NCBI GenBank assembly: GCA_036258055.1
Contig: DATAEK010000013.1
Coordinates: 1 to 41,564, forward strand
Direction of reading: 5' to 3'
DNA: 41,564 nt
Origin: Vicinamibacterales bacterium
Lineage (GTDB): Bacteria > Acidobacteriota > Vicinamibacteria > Vicinamibacterales > 2-12-FULL-66-21
Positions 1 to 8,753 of this stretch are shown piece by piece (within the stretch, counting starts at the first letter, position 1; each line of letters opens with the position of its first letter). The notes below the pieces were generated by a model. The model did no database searches, was not told the origin of the DNA, and worked only from the letters and a program-made list of their open reading frames with translations. Position numbers and translations under genes: made by a program.

Positions 1-109
1 ATGAGCGGAACGCCGAGAATACTCGGGGAACCGATCAAGTAATTCCCTTTCCGAACAGGAGATGCAGAGATCAGGAGCCCAGAATGCTCCTGATCTCCTG
101 ACCTCCTGC

Positions 110-871
110 TCAATGGGTCAAACCGTAGATCACGTAGTTGACGCCCAGCTTGTACGCCTCGTTCGATGCGTCGAACGGGAAGATCCCCTGGCCCGACCAC
201 TCCCAATACTCCGGGACGTCGTTGTCGTAGTTGGCGACGACCATCAGTCGCTTTGATGGATCGTTGTCCTCGAAGAGTCCGTAATAACTCGGACGAATGC
301 CGGACATCGGATGCACAATCGCGTCGATGTCGTTGATCCGAAAGAACGAATCGAAGATGCGCTGCGTGTGGTCGAGCTTGACGAACCGGGCTTCCGGGAG
401 CACACGGCGCATCTGTGCTTCGAAGTGGCTCCACTGTTGTGCACCGTCGAAGTCTTCGAACACGGCGAAGCCGCCCTTCAACAGGTAGGCACGAAACGAC
501 TCCGCTTCACGATCGGTGAGATTCCAGAAGCCGGGCTCCCACATGAACGCGATGGGGTAGTTGAACAGCTCGGGATCGTCGAGCGTGAGAACCAGGCTGG
601 CGTCAGCGCGGATGTCGAGGGCCGTCAGCTCTCTGAGGATCAGCGACAGGTGTTGTTCGGCGCGAGGATAGTCGTGATTCCAGGCCGAGCTGAAGCCCCC
701 GCGCCGGAACGAACCGCCGTCTGACGTCCACCGCAGCCGTACAAACGTGAAACGGCCGTCGTAGCTGAGATCGGTCCGATGCGGCTGGCCGAGCGCATCG
801 AACTGCGCGGTTGCCGCCATGGCCGCGCTGAACACGACGGCGAGAGCGATGTCCAGCCATCGACGACGCAC
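110..871 (-). CDS. DUF4159 domain-containing secreted protein
   Basis: 253-aa ORF with an N-terminal signal-like hydrophobic stretch (LDIALAVVFSAAMAATAQ). Overall sequence resembles the DUF4159 family as recalled; no catalytic motif recognised. Confidence 0.5.
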   Translation of the reverse strand: MRRRWLDIALAVVFSAAMAATAQFDALGQPHRTDLSYDGRFTFVRLRWTSDGGSFRRGGFSSAWNHDYPRAEQHLSLILRELTALDIRADASLVLTLDDPELFNYPIAFMWEPGFWNLTDREAESFRAYLLKGGFAVFEDFDGAQQWSHFEAQMRRVLPEARFVKLDHTQRIFDSFFRINDIDAIVHPMSGIRPSYYGLFEDNDPSKRLMVVANYDNDVPEYWEWSGQGIFPFDASNEAYKLGVNYVIYGLTH

Positions 872-878
872 GCGGCCA

Positions 879-1235
879 TTATCCTAGATTCTCTTTGATC
901 CGCGCCTTCACCAGTTTTCGCACGAGCGCCGCTGGCAGTGGGTGGTCTGGCTGAAAACGAATCGTTCCCTTGCTGGTGTCGTAGCCAGCGAGCTCGTTCT
1001 TGAAGGTTTGGACCGTCGTCGAGCTCAGGAGATAGAACGCACAGTGATTTCGCGTGGCACCGAAGCCGACCAGCATTCCGTTCTGGCGGAACGTGGGGAT
1101 CTGGTAGCTGATGCACTCTGTGGCCTTCGGCGCGGCCGCGTGAATTGTCTGTCGAAGCTTCTCGAGTGCGGCTCGCTTATCGTCGTCTCGCACGCGAGCG
1201 AGGTACTCGTCGATGGTCGTCGGCTTCGTGCCCAT
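879..1235 (-). CDS. DUF1801 (YdhG-like) domain protein
   Basis: 118-aa ORF with a typical DUF1801 N-terminus (TIDEYLARV...KRAALEKLR). Tightly spaced upstream of the DUF4159 gene on the same strand. Confidence 0.5.
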   Translation of the reverse strand: MGTKPTTIDEYLARVRDDDKRAALEKLRQTIHAAAPKATECISYQIPTFRQNGMLVGFGATRNHCAFYLLSSTTVQTFKNELAGYDTSKGTIRFQPDHPLPAALVRKLVKARIKENLG

Positions 1236-1282
1236 GGTGGTGTGGTCCAGCAGATTACGACGCAGCAGGATCCGCCACGGGA

Positions 1283-2215
1283 TCAGGCCGTCGAGCCCGG
1301 CTGACGACCGACGGCTTTCATCGCCAGCGCGATCATCGACCCGACGTCCGCGACGTTGGCCGGCAGGACGAGCGTGTTGCTCTCCTTGGCGAGCTCGCCG
1401 AACTGTCCGATGTACTGCTCGGCCACGCGGAGCTGCACGGCCTCGTAGCCGCCCGGCAGTTTGATCGCTTCCGCCACGCGGCGGATGCCTTCGGCCGTCG
1501 CAGTCGCAACCGCCATGATGGCCGAGGCCTGACCTTCCGCCTCGTTGATCTGCTGCTGCTTGCGCGCCTCGGACTGCTTGATGACTTCCTGCTTCGATCC
1601 TTCCGCCGTGTTGATGACCGCGTCGCGGGCGCCTTCCGACGTCAGGATGACGGCGCGCTTCTCGCGCTCGGCCCGCATCTGCTTTTCCATCGCAGCGAGG
1701 ACGTCGTGTGGCGGCGTGATGTTCTTGATCTCGTAGCGCAGCACTTTCACGCCCCAGGCCTCGGTGGCCTTGTCCAGTTCGCTCACGACCGCGGTGTTGA
1801 TGTGCACCCGCTCTTCGAACGTCTTGTCCAGATCGATCTTCCCCACCTCGCTCCGAAGTGTCGTCTGTGCGAGTTGGCTGATGGCGAACATATAGTCGGT
1901 GATGCCGTACGAGGCCCGCTCCGGATTCAGAACCTTGAGGTACAACACACCGTCGACGCCGACCTGCACGTTGTCGCGCGTGATGCAGACCTGCGCCGGG
2001 ATGTCGACGGCTATTTCTTTGAGCGAGTGCCGATAGCGGATAGTGTCCACGAACGGCAGCAGGATATGGAACCCGGCGCCCAGGGTGTTCGAGTAGCGGC
2101 CCAGCCGCTCGACGACGTAGGCGCTCTGCTGGGGGACGACAATGGCGGTCTTCGCGATGACAAGAATCACGAGCCCGAGGAAGATCAACGCGATCATCAA
2201 CAGCACGGGGTCCAT
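1283..2215 (-). CDS. SPFH/Band-7 (stomatin-like, QmcA/YbbK-type) membrane protein
   Basis: 310 aa. N-terminal TM helix followed by an SPFH core (VPQQSAYVVERLGRY...DIPAQ...TRDNV) and a coiled-coil rich in E/K/Q/A. Start overlaps the nfeD stop (ATGA at 2215). Confidence 0.85.
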   Translation of the reverse strand: MDPVLLMIALIFLGLVILVIAKTAIVVPQQSAYVVERLGRYSNTLGAGFHILLPFVDTIRYRHSLKEIAVDIPAQVCITRDNVQVGVDGVLYLKVLNPERASYGITDYMFAISQLAQTTLRSEVGKIDLDKTFEERVHINTAVVSELDKATEAWGVKVLRYEIKNITPPHDVLAAMEKQMRAEREKRAVILTSEGARDAVINTAEGSKQEVIKQSEARKQQQINEAEGQASAIMAVATATAEGIRRVAEAIKLPGGYEAVQLRVAEQYIGQFGELAKESNTLVLPANVADVGSMIALAMKAVGRQPGSTA

Positions 2216-2679
2216 CAGTGGGCTCCTTCGGGCTCGAGAAAGATCATCAGACGATCCACGCGTACGACGCGGCAGCGCTGTCCGCGCGTGATGGTCACAG
2301 CCGCGTTGTTGCGGGCGGACCAGACGGTGCCGCGCAGCTCCGCGCGGCCGACTTCACCAGCGGGAATGTCGTCGATCGGCACCGCAGTGTCGTTGAGCAG
2401 CGAATCGACGTCGGGCGCCGGCGTATCGAGCTTCATCCATCGCAGCAGCGGATTCCTGAAGAGGAGCAGCGATCCAATCGACAGCACCGCGAAGAGCAAC
2501 AGCTGCACCCATGCTGGGCCGGCGAGATTGACGAGCCGCAGGAGGCCGATCGTGATCGCGGCCACGCCGAAAAAAATGACGTAAAAGCCGCCCGCCGACG
2601 CCAGTTCGAGCGTGATCAGGATGAGCCCGAGCGCCAGCCACTGCCACCAGTGCAGGATCATGAGGGGAGGCGGCGCCAT
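2215..2679 (-). CDS. NfeD-family membrane protein (stomatin operon partner)
   Basis: 154 aa with 3 N-terminal TM helices and a C-terminal OB-like beta domain (GEVGRAELRGTVWSARN...). Classic nfeD-stomatin gene pair with a 1-nt overlap. Confidence 0.8.
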   Translation of the reverse strand: MAPPPLMILHWWQWLALGLILITLELASAGGFYVIFFGVAAITIGLLRLVNLAGPAWVQLLLFAVLSIGSLLLFRNPLLRWMKLDTPAPDVDSLLNDTAVPIDDIPAGEVGRAELRGTVWSARNNAAVTITRGQRCRVVRVDRLMIFLEPEGAH

Positions 2680-2728
2680 TGTAGCCCAAGCGCCCGCGGC
2701 TGCAGGACCAGAGTCACGTCGCGTCCGG

Positions 2729-2748
2729 CTTCAGCCGGACCCGCGGTC
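2729..2748. repeat. Short palindromic hairpin element GTCCGGC-TTCA-GCCGGAC, copy 1 of 3 related copies
   Basis: Perfect 7-bp stem with a 4-nt loop read directly from the sequence. A ~35-bp related sequence recurs at 29195-29232 and a similar hairpin at 30644-30663, all at 3' ends of genes. Confidence 0.5.
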
Positions 2749-2761
2749 CGCATGAAGGACG

Positions 2762-3412
2762 CTACTTACCCACTTCCACTCCCACCGGGCAGCTCACGCC
2801 CGTTCCACCAAGGCCGCAGTAGCCGTCCGGGTTCTTCGCCAGGTACTGCTGGTGGTAGTCCTCGGCGTAGTAGAACTCCGGCGCGGGAAGGATCTCAGTC
2901 GTGATCTTGCCGTAGCCGCGCCTGGACAGCTGTTCCTGGAAAACTTCGCGCGTTCGTTCCGCCGCCGCGCGCTGTTCGTCGTCGAAGTAGTAAATCCCCG
3001 AACGATACTGCGTGCCGAAATCGTTGCCCTGCCGCATGCCCTGCGTTGGATCGTGGTTTTCCCAGAACGTCTTCAGCAGAGAGTCGTAGGAAATCTTCGC
3101 GGGGTCGTAGACGACGAGCACGACCTCGTTGTGGCCGGTCATGCCCGTGCATACTTCGCGATACGTCGGGTTGGGCGTGAACCCCGCAGCGTAGCCGACC
3201 GCGGTCGTGAATACGCCAGGGAGCCCCCAGAACATTTTCTCTGCGCCCCAGAAACAGCCCATGCCGAAGATCGCCTGCTTCAGCCCGGCGCTGAACGGCC
3301 CTTCGAGCGGGGCGCCGTTGACGTAGTGCTGTGCCGGCACTTCCATACGCTCGGCGCGGCCCGGCAGAGCCTGATCCCTCACGGGCATCTTCATCTTCTT
3401 GTCGAGAAACAC
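2762..3412 (-). CDS. msrA: Peptide-methionine (S)-S-oxide reductase MsrA
   Basis: GCFWG active-site motif, plus the conserved FWENHDPTQ and [10 protein letters not shown] blocks. A GTG start at 3412 is preceded by a strong SD (AAGGGAGG, 6-nt spacer); the internal ATGs lack an SD. Confidence 0.9.
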   Translation of the reverse strand: MFLDKKMKMPVRDQALPGRAERMEVPAQHYVNGAPLEGPFSAGLKQAIFGMGCFWGAEKMFWGLPGVFTTAVGYAAGFTPNPTYREVCTGMTGHNEVVLVVYDPAKISYDSLLKTFWENHDPTQGMRQGNDFGTQYRSGIYYFDDEQRAAAERTREVFQEQLSRRGYGKITTEILPAPEFYYAEDYHQQYLAKNPDGYCGLGGTGVSCPVGVEVGK

Positions 3413-3430
3413 ACTCGGCCTCCCTTCTTA

Positions 3431-3538
3431 TTGAGGATTGATGAGTGCTGATTGAGGATCGCTGGTTGTGGATTTCTGAATTGGGGATCCCAACAATCCA
3501 CAACCAGCGATCTTCAATCAGCCTTCATCAATCCTCAA
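3431..3538. repeat. Large near-perfect palindrome: 44-bp arms (41/44 matching) around a 20-bp central loop that is itself quasi-palindromic (TTGGGGATCCCAA)
   Basis: Left arm 3431-3474 is the reverse complement of right arm 3495-3538 with 3 mismatches. The region is conspicuously AT-richer than its surroundings. It lies between the stop of the GT-C gene and the start of msrA. Confidence 0.7.
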
Positions 3539-3547
3539 TCGACACCC

Positions 3548-5176
3548 TTATCGTCCCGTCGGGACGGGCAGGTCGTCAACGATCTTCAGCACCGCCGCCG
3601 ACAATGCGTCGCGGCTCCTGACCTGGAGCAGCACGGGCACGAGACTCCTGAGCGCCGGGTATTCACGGTCGGTGATTCGCGAGAGCGCGCCAGTGTCTCC
3701 ATCCCATCGCAAGACAATCACCGGCGCTCCTGTGTGCTGATCCTGCCATGTCTGCAGGATTCGGCGGGTATCGTCAACCCACTGATTGCGGCAGCAGTGG
3801 AGCAGCCACGGGGAAATCAGGAATACACGCGTGGTCAGATCGACCCTGGTGTAAGGCGGCTTCAGTGGAAACGGCATGGCCCATTCCCAGCTCAGCTTCG
3901 GTGCTCCGATGACGATCAGGCTCCCGGGCGGCGCCGACAGCGCCTCCGCACGAGTGTCGAGCAGCACCTTGCGCGACACTTTCGCCAGGGTGTTCCAGGT
4001 CGTGACCTCTTTGTAGAGCCCGGTGCTGTAGAAGATCACGACGGCTGACGCGACGGCAAGCACCGCCCGGCGCCGCGCCACGCCGATCGCGCCGGTCCAG
4101 GCCAGATCGAATACGACGCCGAGGACGATTGCCCACCCCGCGGACGCGAGATACACGTGGCGAGGCGATTCGTAACCGGCGACGGCAATCGGCAGCACGC
4201 CGATCGCCCACCACAAGGGACCGAAGAACAGCACCACGCGGGCGAGACGCCGCCGCTCGCCGGCGATGCGATGCCTCGCGAGCCACCAACCCAGCACGGT
4301 CGTCGCTGCGAGCACGCCCCAGGTGACCACCGCGCCGGCGTTCACGTTTCCGGTAACGACGCGCGCGAGGTGGCGCTCGATGAGCACGAAGAAGTAGTGC
4401 AGGCCCTCCGAGTTGAGTTGTCCTTCACGCGCCACCTGGCCGAAAAGCACGTAGCGGAGCCACATGTACGCCATCGTCATCAGCACGAACGGCACGTAGG
4501 GCCTGACCCAGCTCCAGGTCGGGCGCGCCGGCCGATTCGACAGCAGCACATCCCACGCCACAAGCGTCGCAACCATCGTGATCGTCGTTTGCTTGGTGAA
4601 AAGCGCGGCGAAAAACAGCGCGAGCGATCCAACGTACAACCGTGAATCGGTGGCGCCCTTCTCGCGCCACCTCGCGTATGCGACGAACGCGGCGATGTAG
4701 AACAGCGCCGGCATCGAGTCGACACGTCCCGTGATCCAGGCGACCGTCTCCGCCTGAACCGGCAACAGGACGAACACGGTCGCAGCAAAAACCGACGACG
4801 TGAGGCTGAGGCCGGCCAGCCATCGCGCCATCAGCAGCACGAGCAGCCCGGTGGCCGCGTGCAGCGCGACGTTCATGGCGTGGTGCAGGAACGGAGACGC
4901 CGCGCCGCCAAGTGCGGTGATCTGGTACGACACGGCCATGAACGGGCGCACCTCGTCGGCGATGTCGCCCCAGATCCGATCCGTCCACGGTGTGTAGAAC
5001 CAGCGCGGAAAATACGACGCCGGCTTGGACGCCAGGAGTTCGACGACCCCAAAGTCGTCGCGGACGAAGTAGTTGTTGAGCGTCGACGCGTACGGCAGGA
5101 GCGCCGCCAGGCAGACGACGAGCGCGGCCGCGAGCACTCGGCTGGACAGCGCGCCGCGGCGATCCATCGTGGTCAT
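3548..5176 (-). CDS. GT-C fold membrane glycosyltransferase (GT39/ArnT/PMT-like), polyprenyl-phosphate-sugar dependent
   Basis: About 543 aa from the ATG at 5176 (MTTMDRR). The longer ORF drawn to 5548 is rejected as read-through into the upstream gene. Many TM helices, an FVRDDFG acidic motif in the first loop, and a C-terminal soluble domain. Start overlaps the GT2 stop (ATGA). Confidence 0.5.
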   Translation of the reverse strand: MTTMDRRGALSSRVLAAALVVCLAALLPYASTLNNYFVRDDFGVVELLASKPASYFPRWFYTPWTDRIWGDIADEVRPFMAVSYQITALGGAASPFLHHAMNVALHAATGLLVLLMARWLAGLSLTSSVFAATVFVLLPVQAETVAWITGRVDSMPALFYIAAFVAYARWREKGATDSRLYVGSLALFFAALFTKQTTITMVATLVAWDVLLSNRPARPTWSWVRPYVPFVLMTMAYMWLRYVLFGQVAREGQLNSEGLHYFFVLIERHLARVVTGNVNAGAVVTWGVLAATTVLGWWLARHRIAGERRRLARVVLFFGPLWWAIGVLPIAVAGYESPRHVYLASAGWAIVLGVVFDLAWTGAIGVARRRAVLAVASAVVIFYSTGLYKEVTTWNTLAKVSRKVLLDTRAEALSAPPGSLIVIGAPKLSWEWAMPFPLKPPYTRVDLTTRVFLISPWLLHCCRNQWVDDTRRILQTWQDQHTGAPVIVLRWDGDTGALSRITDREYPALRSLVPVLLQVRSRDALSAAVLKIVDDLPVPTGR

Positions 5177-5874
5177 CCGAGGCGATACCTGAGGATGAGG
5201 GCGATCATCCTGAACCCGGTCGTCAACGTGCCCTTCAGGCTGCCGGTAATCTTCGACTCGCCGACGCGACCACGATAATTGACCGGCACCTCGATGATCT
5301 TCAGCTTTCGACGGAGGCCGAGGATCACCATCTCGGGCAGGAAATGCGAGCCGCCGACGGTGAGATCGCTGCGGATTCTTTCGAGCGGCGCGCGATGGAC
5401 CAGCCGCATCGTGCAGCCGCAATCGCTCAATGAGGGCCCGCCGTACAGAAACTGGATCAGCTTCGCGACCGTCCAGTTGCCAATCCGCAGGAACCACCCC
5501 ATGTTCGCCTGATCCCAGACGAGCTCGCGCGTGGTTCGCGTTCCGCACACCATGTCGAAGTCATCCGCGTAGGCCAGCAGCTTGTGGACGTCCCGTCCGA
5601 GGAACGTGCCGTCCGGTTCCGCCATGATGATGATGTCACCCGACGCATCCTGCAGGCCGCGGCGCAGCGCGTGCCCGTAGCCCTGCTGTGACTCGGACAC
5701 GACTCGCGCTGCCGTGGCCCGGGCTTCGACGGCGGTTCCGTCGTGCGAATTGTTGTCCACCACGAGCACCTCGTCCACGACGCCCGCGGCAAGAAAGTCC
5801 TCGACGGCGGCGCGGATGTACTTCTCCTCGTTGTAGGCGGGCAACACCACGCTGACGGTCTTCGAACCGTACAT
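5173..5874 (-). CDS. GT2 family glycosyltransferase (polyprenol-phosphate sugar synthase, DPM1/ArnC-like)
   Basis: 233 aa from the ATG at 5874. Motifs VSVVLPAYNEE, DNNSHDGT and EPDGT (DXD-like) with a C-terminal amphipathic/TM tail. The 421-aa ORF extending to 6438 overlaps the methyltransferase and is rejected. Confidence 0.8.
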   Translation of the reverse strand: MYGSKTVSVVLPAYNEEKYIRAAVEDFLAAGVVDEVLVVDNNSHDGTAVEARATAARVVSESQQGYGHALRRGLQDASGDIIIMAEPDGTFLGRDVHKLLAYADDFDMVCGTRTTRELVWDQANMGWFLRIGNWTVAKLIQFLYGGPSLSDCGCTMRLVHRAPLERIRSDLTVGGSHFLPEMVILGLRRKLKIIEVPVNYRGRVGESKITGSLKGTLTTGFRMIALILRYRLG

Positions 5875-5885
5875 GTCAGCTCGCG

Positions 5886-6554
5886 TCAGTCCTTCCGAGC
5901 GATCACGAGCATCTGGCCGGCGCGCGGTTTGATCGGAGAGTGCAGATACGCACGGACGAGCCACGGGGCAATCGGCCAGCGAGTCCCGCGCATCGAGTAG
6001 GGCAGAAAACGCGGCTCCACGCGATCGATTCGAAACCCACGCGACCGCAGCAGATTCGGCAGCGATACGTCGGTGAACACCGACCGATGCGTGTAGTCGT
6101 CGAAGTACTTCCGGTAAGCGTAGCGGAAGTTCGGTTGGATCACGAGCAGCCTGCCACCGCGTTTGAGCGCGGCCGCGACGCTGCCGACGAGCCCGGCGGC
6201 GGTGTCCGGGTCGAAGTGTTCGATCACGTTCGAGGCGAGCACCACGTCGAACGTGGCGGCGCCAAGCCGTCCGAGATCTCTCGACGCGTCGAGCTCCGTC
6301 GTTTCCACACCGCTCGCCGCATGCCCCCGGAACTCGGGCCAGGTGTCCACTGCGACGCGGCGCGCCGCGCGCACAGCATTGATCCAGCAGCAATAGCCTG
6401 CGCCGATCTCGAGCACGTGGCTTTGCGGGGGAATCCACTCCGACAGGTAATCCGCGATTACGCGCCAGACCACCGCGCGAGCGGGGTCCTCCGGCAGGTG
6501 CACCGCATGGTATCCGGTGCCGCGGACGTCACCCGCGGTCATGGCTGTTTCCAT
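5886..6554 (-). CDS. Class I SAM-dependent methyltransferase
   Basis: Motif I VLEIGAGYC and a post-I acidic residue, roughly 220 aa. The alternative ATG at 6542 would give an ATGA overlap with the epimerase stop. Confidence 0.7.
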   Translation of the reverse strand: METAMTAGDVRGTGYHAVHLPEDPARAVVWRVIADYLSEWIPPQSHVLEIGAGYCCWINAVRAARRVAVDTWPEFRGHAASGVETTELDASRDLGRLGAATFDVVLASNVIEHFDPDTAAGLVGSVAAALKRGGRLLVIQPNFRYAYRKYFDDYTHRSVFTDVSLPNLLRSRGFRIDRVEPRFLPYSMRGTRWPIAPWLVRAYLHSPIKPRAGQMLVIARKD

Positions 6555-7537
6555 GCTTCAGGCAGATTGCGCGTGATCTCGATCCCGTCGAAGGGTCGGG
6601 TGCTGCGCGCGCCCCGCTCCCGGACCCAGACGGCCATCTCGCGCAGGCCGTCCTCGAGTGGCGTCATCCGGCGATCACCAAACACGCGTCTGACCTTCTC
6701 GTGGCTCGAGTGCGCGTGAGCGACCTCGTGCCTCGCAGGAAGGTGCACGGCAGCGGGTCCGACATCCATCGCCTTCGCCACTGCACTCGCAAGCTCGTTC
6801 AGGGTGTAGGGTCTGTCTGCGCCGATGTTGAACACGTCATCCCACGCGGCCTCGACGTCGACCGCTTCCACAATCACCGGCGCCACGTCGTCGATGTAGC
6901 TGAACGCACGGGTTTGCGTGCCGTCGCCGAAGATCGTCATCGGCTTGTCCTGCAGAATCTGGTTCATGAAGATCCCGACGACGTTGCGGTAGCGGTCGCC
7001 GATGTTCTGCCGGGGCCCGAATACGTTGTGCGGGCGGAAGATCACGTACCTCAGGCCGAACATGTCGCGGCTCGCGCGCAGCTCCTGCTCGACGGCGTAC
7101 TTCGCGATGCCGTACGGATCCTCCGGTCGCGGCTGGGTCTCTTCCGTCATCGGCAGTTCAGGAGAACGACCGTACACCGCGATCGACGACGTGAAGACGA
7201 AGCACTTCACGCCGGTGTTGATCGACGCGTTGATCAGATTGACGCTGCCGATGACGTTGTTCATGTAGTTGAAACGCTTGATGAAGTGGCTCAGACCCTC
7301 CGCCGCGTAGGCCGCCAAGTGGTAGACGTAGTCGAAGCGCCCGCGCTCGAGCGTACGATCGACGAGAGCGGCGTCGGTGATGCTGCCCCGGACGAACGCC
7401 GCGGCCGGCGGGACGTTGTCCTCGAACCCGCCCGTCAGATCGTCGAGGACCGTCACGGAATGGCCGCGCGCGATGAGCGCGTCGGCCACGTGGGAGCCGA
7501 TGAAGCCCGCACCGCCGGTCACGAGGACGCGAGGCAT
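6539..7537 (-). CDS. NAD-dependent epimerase/dehydratase (SDR, UDP-sugar 4-epimerase/dehydratase family)
   Basis: VLVTGGAGFIGSH Rossmann motif and a YxxxK catalytic dyad (PYGIAKYAVE). First gene of the epimerase-MTase-GT2-GT-C operon. Confidence 0.85.
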   Translation of the reverse strand: MPRVLVTGGAGFIGSHVADALIARGHSVTVLDDLTGGFEDNVPPAAAFVRGSITDAALVDRTLERGRFDYVYHLAAYAAEGLSHFIKRFNYMNNVIGSVNLINASINTGVKCFVFTSSIAVYGRSPELPMTEETQPRPEDPYGIAKYAVEQELRASRDMFGLRYVIFRPHNVFGPRQNIGDRYRNVVGIFMNQILQDKPMTIFGDGTQTRAFSYIDDVAPVIVEAVDVEAAWDDVFNIGADRPYTLNELASAVAKAMDVGPAAVHLPARHEVAHAHSSHEKVRRVFGDRRMTPLEDGLREMAVWVRERGARSTRPFDGIEITRNLPEAWKQP

Positions 7538-7632
7538 TTATAAGAGCGTCTCCTCGAGCTGTTCAGCGGCGCGCTCCGTTGTCGCGCGCCGAAACATTGG
7601 CTCGAACGCGACTCGCCCAAAATCTGTTGGAA

Positions 7633-8724
7633 TCAATTCCCCTGGCTCCAGATGATGATGAGGAACACGATGATCGCGAGCAGTACCAGCAGCATGATCT
7701 TCCACACGCTCTTCGGATAGTCGCCCGCCATTCGGCCGGTGTACCCGTTCACGACGACCTGGTACAGCTTCTGCCCGAAGTTGTACGTCAAGAGCCACAC
7801 CGGCACGAGGATGTGCTTGAACGTCTGACCTGAGAAGACCGGATGGATCTGCAGGTTTCGATACGTGTCGCCCGGCACCTGACCGGCAGCCATCTGCTCC
7901 AAGGCGCCCGTCATCGCCGCGCGCGATCGCTCCGCGGCCTCGAACAGCACCACCTGATAGTGCTCGACGACGAACCCTGACAGGTAGGCCGTCTGATACG
8001 GTACGAGTTCCGTGGTCGGAAACGGCTCGACTTGCGTCAACAGCGCAGTCGACACGCCCTGCGTACCGGGGATCGGCTGGTCGTCGAAGAAGTGCTGCAC
8101 CTCGCCCGACGCTGGTTCCCAGCGCGTGTGCCGGACCTGCCGCGTGCGCGTCTGCCCACCCTCGCGATAGGTCTCGGTGGTGTAGTAGTAGTGTCCGGCC
8201 TCGGCCTCCCACGGGCACACCGCCTGTGCATCGAACGTCCAGTACGGAATGTAGATGCCGTGGACACGATCGACGAGCGCGCGGGTCTTGAGCGCGCCCG
8301 GGGCAAGCCATTTGCTGGCGTACCATCGTCGAATCTGCTCGCGGACCTGCGCTTCCGTGACCTTGAAGGCCAGCAGGCTCTGCGGGCGGATTGGGGCCTT
8401 GATTTCCTTGTAGTCGACCAGCGCCGGCGATCCGCAGAACTCGCAGTTCTGGCCGACGCGTTCGGGGTCGAAGACCGAGACGGCCTTGCAGCTCTGGCAC
8501 TGGACCGTGCGTTTCTCGGTCAGCCATCCGCGCTCGTCGTCGGGCAGCTCGCGGAGCGCCTTCGCGAGATCGAGCTCCTGAATCGCGCCGGTCGTCGCGT
8601 CGACCGTAAAGGGCGTGGAGCTGCCGCAGAACGGGCAGATCAGCAGCTGCTTTGCGGGGTTCCACTCAGCCTGCGCGCCGCACGCGGCGCAGGGGTACTT
8701 GTCGAGCGCTGAGATGTCGGGCAT
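7633..8724 (-). CDS. Zinc-ribbon membrane-anchored protein (two CxxC...CxxC ribbons, central domain of unknown function, C-terminal TM helix)
   Basis: N-terminal CAACG...CPFCG and CQSC...CEFCG motifs and a C-terminal hydrophobic anchor (IMLLVLLAIIVFLIIIW). Lies 30 bp downstream of, and co-oriented with, the SPFH-HTH gene. Confidence 0.55.
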   Translation of the reverse strand: MPDISALDKYPCAACGAQAEWNPAKQLLICPFCGSSTPFTVDATTGAIQELDLAKALRELPDDERGWLTEKRTVQCQSCKAVSVFDPERVGQNCEFCGSPALVDYKEIKAPIRPQSLLAFKVTEAQVREQIRRWYASKWLAPGALKTRALVDRVHGIYIPYWTFDAQAVCPWEAEAGHYYYTTETYREGGQTRTRQVRHTRWEPASGEVQHFFDDQPIPGTQGVSTALLTQVEPFPTTELVPYQTAYLSGFVVEHYQVVLFEAAERSRAAMTGALEQMAAGQVPGDTYRNLQIHPVFSGQTFKHILVPVWLLTYNFGQKLYQVVVNGYTGRMAGDYPKSVWKIMLLVLLAIIVFLIIIWSQGN

Positions 8725-8753
8725 GCGGCGTCAGCGGGGGACCGGGGCCGCGC

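Noticed and set aside
1-42. Short + strand ORF fragment at the window start (MSGTPRILGEPIK*)
   Set aside because: Too short to assess. It could be the 3' end of an upstream gene, but there is no evidence either way.
1145-2584. 479-aa + strand ORF overlapping the stomatin/nfeD genes
   Set aside because: Arg/Pro/Ala-rich low-complexity translation typical of antisense frames in high-GC DNA. The opposite strand has strongly supported SPFH and NfeD genes.
5176-5548. N-terminal extensions of the ORFs 3548..5548, 21690..23687 and 38527..40251
   Set aside because: The extensions are Arg-rich and run into the neighbouring upstream genes. Internal ATGs (5176, 23168, 39624) give proteins that begin with TM or signal sequences and, for the first two, ATGA-type overlaps or SDs.
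7538-8665. 375-aa - strand ORF and 8731-9753 (340 aa) - strand ORF overlapping the Zn-ribbon and SPFH-HTH genes in other frames
   Set aside because: Low-complexity Arg/Gly/Ala-rich products. They overlap frames that carry recognisable domains.
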